A stretch of 64,000 nucleotides of DNA from Antechinus flavipes (Eukaryota). The stretch is from contig NC_067402.1 of assembly GCF_016432865.1 (NCBI RefSeq), forward strand, positions 292,268,001-292,332,000, read 5' to 3'. Under the pieces are notes generated by a model, which was not told where the DNA came from, did no database searches, and saw only the letters and a list, made by a program, of their open reading frames with translations. A program made the position numbers and the translations under genes. Shown here piece by piece: positions 59,733 through 64,000 of this stretch (positions within the stretch are counted from its first letter, which is position 1; each line of letters starts with the position of its first letter).

Positions 59733-62700
59733 ATGGCGGGCTCGCGGCAGCCCCAGCGCCTGTTCCTGCAGGGCGTGGCGGCTGCCTTCTTGTTCGCTTT
59801 TGCCTCGCTCTACGCGCAGATCCCTGGTGAGGCCGCGCGACCCCCGCCCGCGGGGACCTTCCCCCCTTAGCCCTAGGAATCTCGCTCCCCAGGAACCCGC
59901 CCCGGGGACCCTCCCCCCTTGCCCCAGGGATCCCCCTCCAGTTCTTCCCTTCCCTGGAGACCCTTCTCTTTCCCTTGGAATCCCCCCTCCGGATCCTCCC
60001 CCTGGGACCCAACCCCGGGACCCTCCCCCCTTGCCCCAGGGATCCCCCTCCAGTTCTTCCCTTCCCTGGAGACCCTTCTCTTTTCCTTGGAATCCCCCCT
60101 CCGGATCCTCCCCTGCCCCTCCCCCGGGGACCCTCCCCCCTTGCCCCAGGGATCCCCCTCCAGTTCTTCCCTTCCCTGGAGATCCTTCTCTTTCCCTTGG
60201 AATCCCCCCTCCGGATCCTCCCCCTAGGGACCCTCTCCTTTTTCCCGGGAAGTTCCACCCCAGGCCCTCCTCCTAGGCCCCCTCCCCCCTTTCCCTTGGA
60301 ATCTCTTCCAACACTCCCTCCCCGGGTACCCCCCCCCACCTTTCTCCTCCAAACTCTCCTGGGGACTCTAATGGGACCTGCCCCCCCCTCCCCCTCCTCC
60401 CACTTCCCCTGGAACTTGTACCTTAGGCCCCTCTCCAGGGACCTGCCCCTGCCCCCTGGCATCTTTCCCCTCCAGTCGGCCACGTAGTTCCTGTTCTTCT
60501 CTCCTGGGATGGGGGCGGGCACCTCGCTGGCCCCTCACCCACACCCAGATTGACCAGCCTCCCCCCCCCAGTGGGGGCCAGCTGCCCTCCTGACCTGCCT
60601 TCCCTCCAGGGCTGTATGGGCGAGATGGGATTCTGCCGGCCCGGAAGATGCTCCGGCCTCTGGGGAAGGGTCTGTGGCAGCAGCTGTGGGAGGTCCCCAC
60701 CCTGCTCTGGCTGTCCCCACGCCTGGGGCTGGACACGGAGCAAGGCATGGAGTTGCTGAGCCTTCTGGGGGCATTGGGCAGCCTGGGGGTCCTGCTGCTG
60801 CCCGCCCTGCGCCATGGCCTGCTCTACCTGCTGCTCTGGAGCCTCTACCTCTCCCTCTACCAGGTGAGAAGGGCCCTCCTGGGCAGCAGGACGGACCTGG
60901 CCTGTCCCTCCCCCTCTCCCCTGCCGCTCCGGAGGGAAGCCACTGGCCAGCTCGGCCCGCCCACTTCCTGCCCTCTCTCCAGCTCTGCGGGCTCTAGGAT
61001 CTTGCTTCCTTCCCTTCCCTTCCCTTGGGATCTGGGGGAAGCATCGCAAAGCTTCTCCGCTCCTGCCCGTGCCCCAGCGAACCCCTGTCCTTCCCCCCTC
61101 CAGTCCCCCCCCCGGGGGAAGGGTCGGGTAGGGAGGAACCTGCCCCAGGGCTGGCCAGGCCCCCCTTGCAGACCTTCCTGTCTTCCTGCAGGTGGGACAG
61201 GTGTTCCTGTACTTCCAGTGGTAAGTGGCCTTCTCCTCCATCCCAGAGTTTGAGTTCACGTCCCAGCGGCCCCTGGACCAGCCGGCTGTAGCAGCCCAGA
61301 CTGGGAACTCCTTAGCTCCCAGTGGTCAGCGCAGGAGGAAGGACAGAGCAGGGGCTGGACTTCCTTGTGTGAGGGAGGCCAGGGATGGGGCCGGGGCTTC
61401 CATGGGGACCCACTGCCCGAAGGTTGGCAAAGACAGTCCATTGAGGACTCGGGCTGCAGGGCGTGCACACCGGCACCCGCGGGGCATTAGGCCGGGCCAC
61501 AGCTGGGGTGGGTAGGGCCCGGTTCCGGCCTCCCTCTTTGTGATACCCACCCTCGGCCCCTCCAGGGACTCCCTGTTGCTGGAGACTGGTTTCCTGGCGG
61601 TGCTGGTGGCCCCTTGGTGTCCCACGTGGGGCAAGGAGACGGGAGCCCCGCCACACGCGGACGTCCCCTTCTGGCTGGTCCGGTGGCTCCTCTTCCGCCT
61701 CATGTTTGCCTCAGGAGTGGTCAAGCTCACCAGCCGCTGCCCTACCTGGTGGGGGCTCACAGGTGAGCCAGCCACGCTGCCCCCCACCCCGTCCCGTGCC
61801 CTCGCCCCCCCCGAGGGGCCCTGTGTGTCCTGCCCTTCCTGAGCCCCGCTCTCCCTTCCCCAGCCCTGACCTACCACTACGAGACCCAGTGTCTGCCCAC
61901 ACCTGCCGCCTGGTTTGCCCACCACCTGCCCGTCTGGCTTCACAAGCTCAGCGTGGTGGCCACCTTCCTCATCGAGATCGCCGTGCCCGTCTTGTTCTTT
62001 GCCCCGATCCGCCGGCTCCGCCTCGCCGCCTTCTATTCCCAGGTAGGCCGGGCAGAGCGGGACCCGGGGTGGAGGGGACTGGGCCTAGGACGCTCACCCA
62101 TCCAGCTGACAGAGACTGGGAGGGACAGGGAGTCACGGGCTGCCAGGACCCCGGGCTGAGCTCTGGGTCGGGTCCTGTGTGAAAAAGCTGGGGGAAACCA
62201 GCCTCAGAGTCCGCGATGGGGGAAGTGTGACCAGAGCTCCGGGAAAAGATCCGGGGCTTTTAGTGGACCCGAGCTCCCGGCACGCTCAGCGTCTGCCGCA
62301 GCTGCCAGCTCTCGGGTTTGGCTCTGGGGGCGCGGGGGCGCAGCGGCCGGGGCCTGGGCAGCCGAGGGATCCGTAGTTCAGGCCCCATGAGGGTCAGGGG
62401 AGGGTTCTCCAGGACAAGAAACCTGAGGGGATGGTGGGGCACGCAAGCGGGGCCTCAGACCTGACGGGCTGTCGCGGGGAAGGGGGTGGGAGCCGGCCTG
62501 CTTGACCTCGGTGGGCAGAAGGGGGAAAGGGCTGCCCGTAGAGGATGGTCCAGCCCAGGGCCAGATGCCCCCTTGGCACAGACGTCAAGAACTGGCCGGC
62601 CTGGCCTTGGGGCAAGGGCAGATCTGAAATGTCCTTGGGGAAGGACGCCGGAGGCCTGGGAAGGGCCGTCTCGGGACTCTGCGTTTTGTTCCCTGGCTGA

Positions 62701-63949
62701 TGGGGAATCACTGATGCTCCCTCCCTTGTTCTTCCCTGCCTCCCTCCCCCACGCCTTTACTCTCCTCTCCTCTTCTCCTTCTCCCGTCCTTCCCCTCTTG
62801 CTCCCCCTTTACTGCCCTCCCTACCTCCTATTACCCTATCCCTTATTCCCCGTTCCCCTCCCTCCTTCCCCTGTTCCCTCCTCTCTTCTACTTCCCCCGC
62901 ACTGCACTGACCTCCCCCCCCCCTTCCGCCATCACCCCCCTGCGGGGGAGGCACTGACCTCCCCCCCCCCTTCCGCCATCACCCCCCTGCGGGGGAGGCA
63001 CTGACCTCCCTGCCCCCTTTCCCCAGGCCTTGCTCCAGGTCCTGATCATCCTCACAGGGAACTATAACTTCTTCAACTTCCTGACCCTGGTGCTCACCAC
63101 GTCCCTGCTGGACGACCAGCACGTGGCCTGGTGGCTGGGCGCGGGCCGGACGAAGCAGCCGCCTGCCTGTAAGTGCCCCCTCGGCCCGTGGGGCGGGGAG
63201 CTCGGCCGGCAGGCCCCCGGCCCCACGCCCTCCCCCCGTCCTTGTCTCCGCAGCCCGGGCCCGGCGGCTGCTGACTGCCCTGTCCCTGCTGCTGGAGCTG
63301 GCCGTCTACGGGCTCCTGGCCTACGGCACGGTGCACTACTTTGGCTTGGAGCTGGACCGGGAATGGGGCAGCATTCAGGCCAAGACGGGTAGGAGGAGTC
63401 ACGGTCCTCGGCGCGGGGGCGGGGAGGAGGTGCCGGCGGGGCGGGCGCTCGGATGGCGAGGGCGAGGTGGTGCCCGCGAGGTGGCCGGTACTCGGCCGGC
63501 ACAGGGCAGCCCGCCTCGCACGTCCCCTTCCTGACTCCGCTCCTTCTCCTCCCCAGCCTTCACCTTCCACGAGTTTTCGCAGTGGCTGAAGGTGGTCACG
63601 ATGCCCTCCGTGTGGCTGGGCATGGCCTCCCTGCTCTGGGTCCTGCTGACTGCCCTCTACAGGTACGAGGCAGGCCGGGCTGGGCTGGGAGCTGAGGCCC
63701 TGGGTCCTGAGCCAAGGTAGGGCCTGGGCCCGTCTCCGGCTCCAGAGCCCCTCTCGAGCACGCGGGCTCCGTGCTGGGCGTGGAGAGCCGGCCCCGAGGG
63801 CGGCCGGGGGCCCAAGGACCTCCTAAGTCTGGCTGGTCCCCTCCTCCCCCAGGTGTGCCCGCATCCGCAAATGGCTGGGGAAGCTCAAAGCCACCGTGCA
63901 GCTGTCCGTCGTGGGCGCGGCCGCCGTGGCCATGTTCACAATCAGCCTG
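59733..63949 (+). CDS. LMF2: Lipase maturation factor 2, exons 1-9 (3' end outside the window)
   Basis: Exons 59733-59826, 60610-60863, 61192-61220, 61566-61762, 61864-62042, 63027-63168, 63254-63388, 63557-63662, 63853-63949, all GT-AG and in phase. [66 protein letters not shown] and TGNYNFFN match recalled human LMF2. Confidence 0.96.
59899..60230. repeat. Tandem repeat, 3 x ~110 bp, LMF2 intron 1
   Basis: ccccggggaccctccccccttgccccagggatccccctccagttcttcccttccctggaga...ccggatcctcccc starts at ~59900, 60013 and 60121. Confidence 0.9.
62904..63010. repeat. 47-bp tandem repeat (2.3 copies) at the LMF2 exon 6 acceptor
   Basis: gcactgacctccccccccccttccgccatcacccccctgcgggggag at 62904 and 62951, partial copy at 62998. 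Confidence 0.85.
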
Positions 63950-64000
63950 GTGAGCCGGGGGCCGGGCGGGGCTTGGGGACGGGGGCCGGGGTGTTCCGGG

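Overview
Eukaryotic, marsupial genomic DNA. The WSINE1/MAR1-type CORE-SINEs and L1 3' ends point to a dasyurid (inference). The gene order matches human 22q13.33 in reverse: SYCE3 (last coding exon, +), KLHDC7B (single-exon 1529-aa ORF, -), ODF3B/CIMAP1B (6 coding exons, +), TYMP (+), SCO2 (+), NCAPH2 (20 exons, -) and LMF2 (first 9 exons, +, runs off the window). I assembled the exon chains by hand from recalled human proteins and splice signals, and all splice in frame. The intergenic blocks 7.5-19.6 kb and 23.6-38.6 kb are stacks of L1, L2, L3/CR1, MIR/MAR1, WSINE1 and solo LTRs, many with readable target-site duplications (TSDs). There is one 174-N assembly gap. I found no CRISPR array, rRNA or tRNA, and no unambiguous new biological system. 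The best leads are: a dual-reading-frame/uORF architecture with tandem splice donors at NCAPH2 exon 1; an in-frame 72-nt exitron-like intron at the TYMP N-terminus; an expanded 30-bp coding repeat in membrane-anchored KLHDC7B; a 2.2-kb CpG-rich minisatellite next to NCAPH2 exon 2; and candidate ISREs in a cluster that is interferon-inducible in human. Family names for repeats and human comparisons come from memory and need database confirmation.
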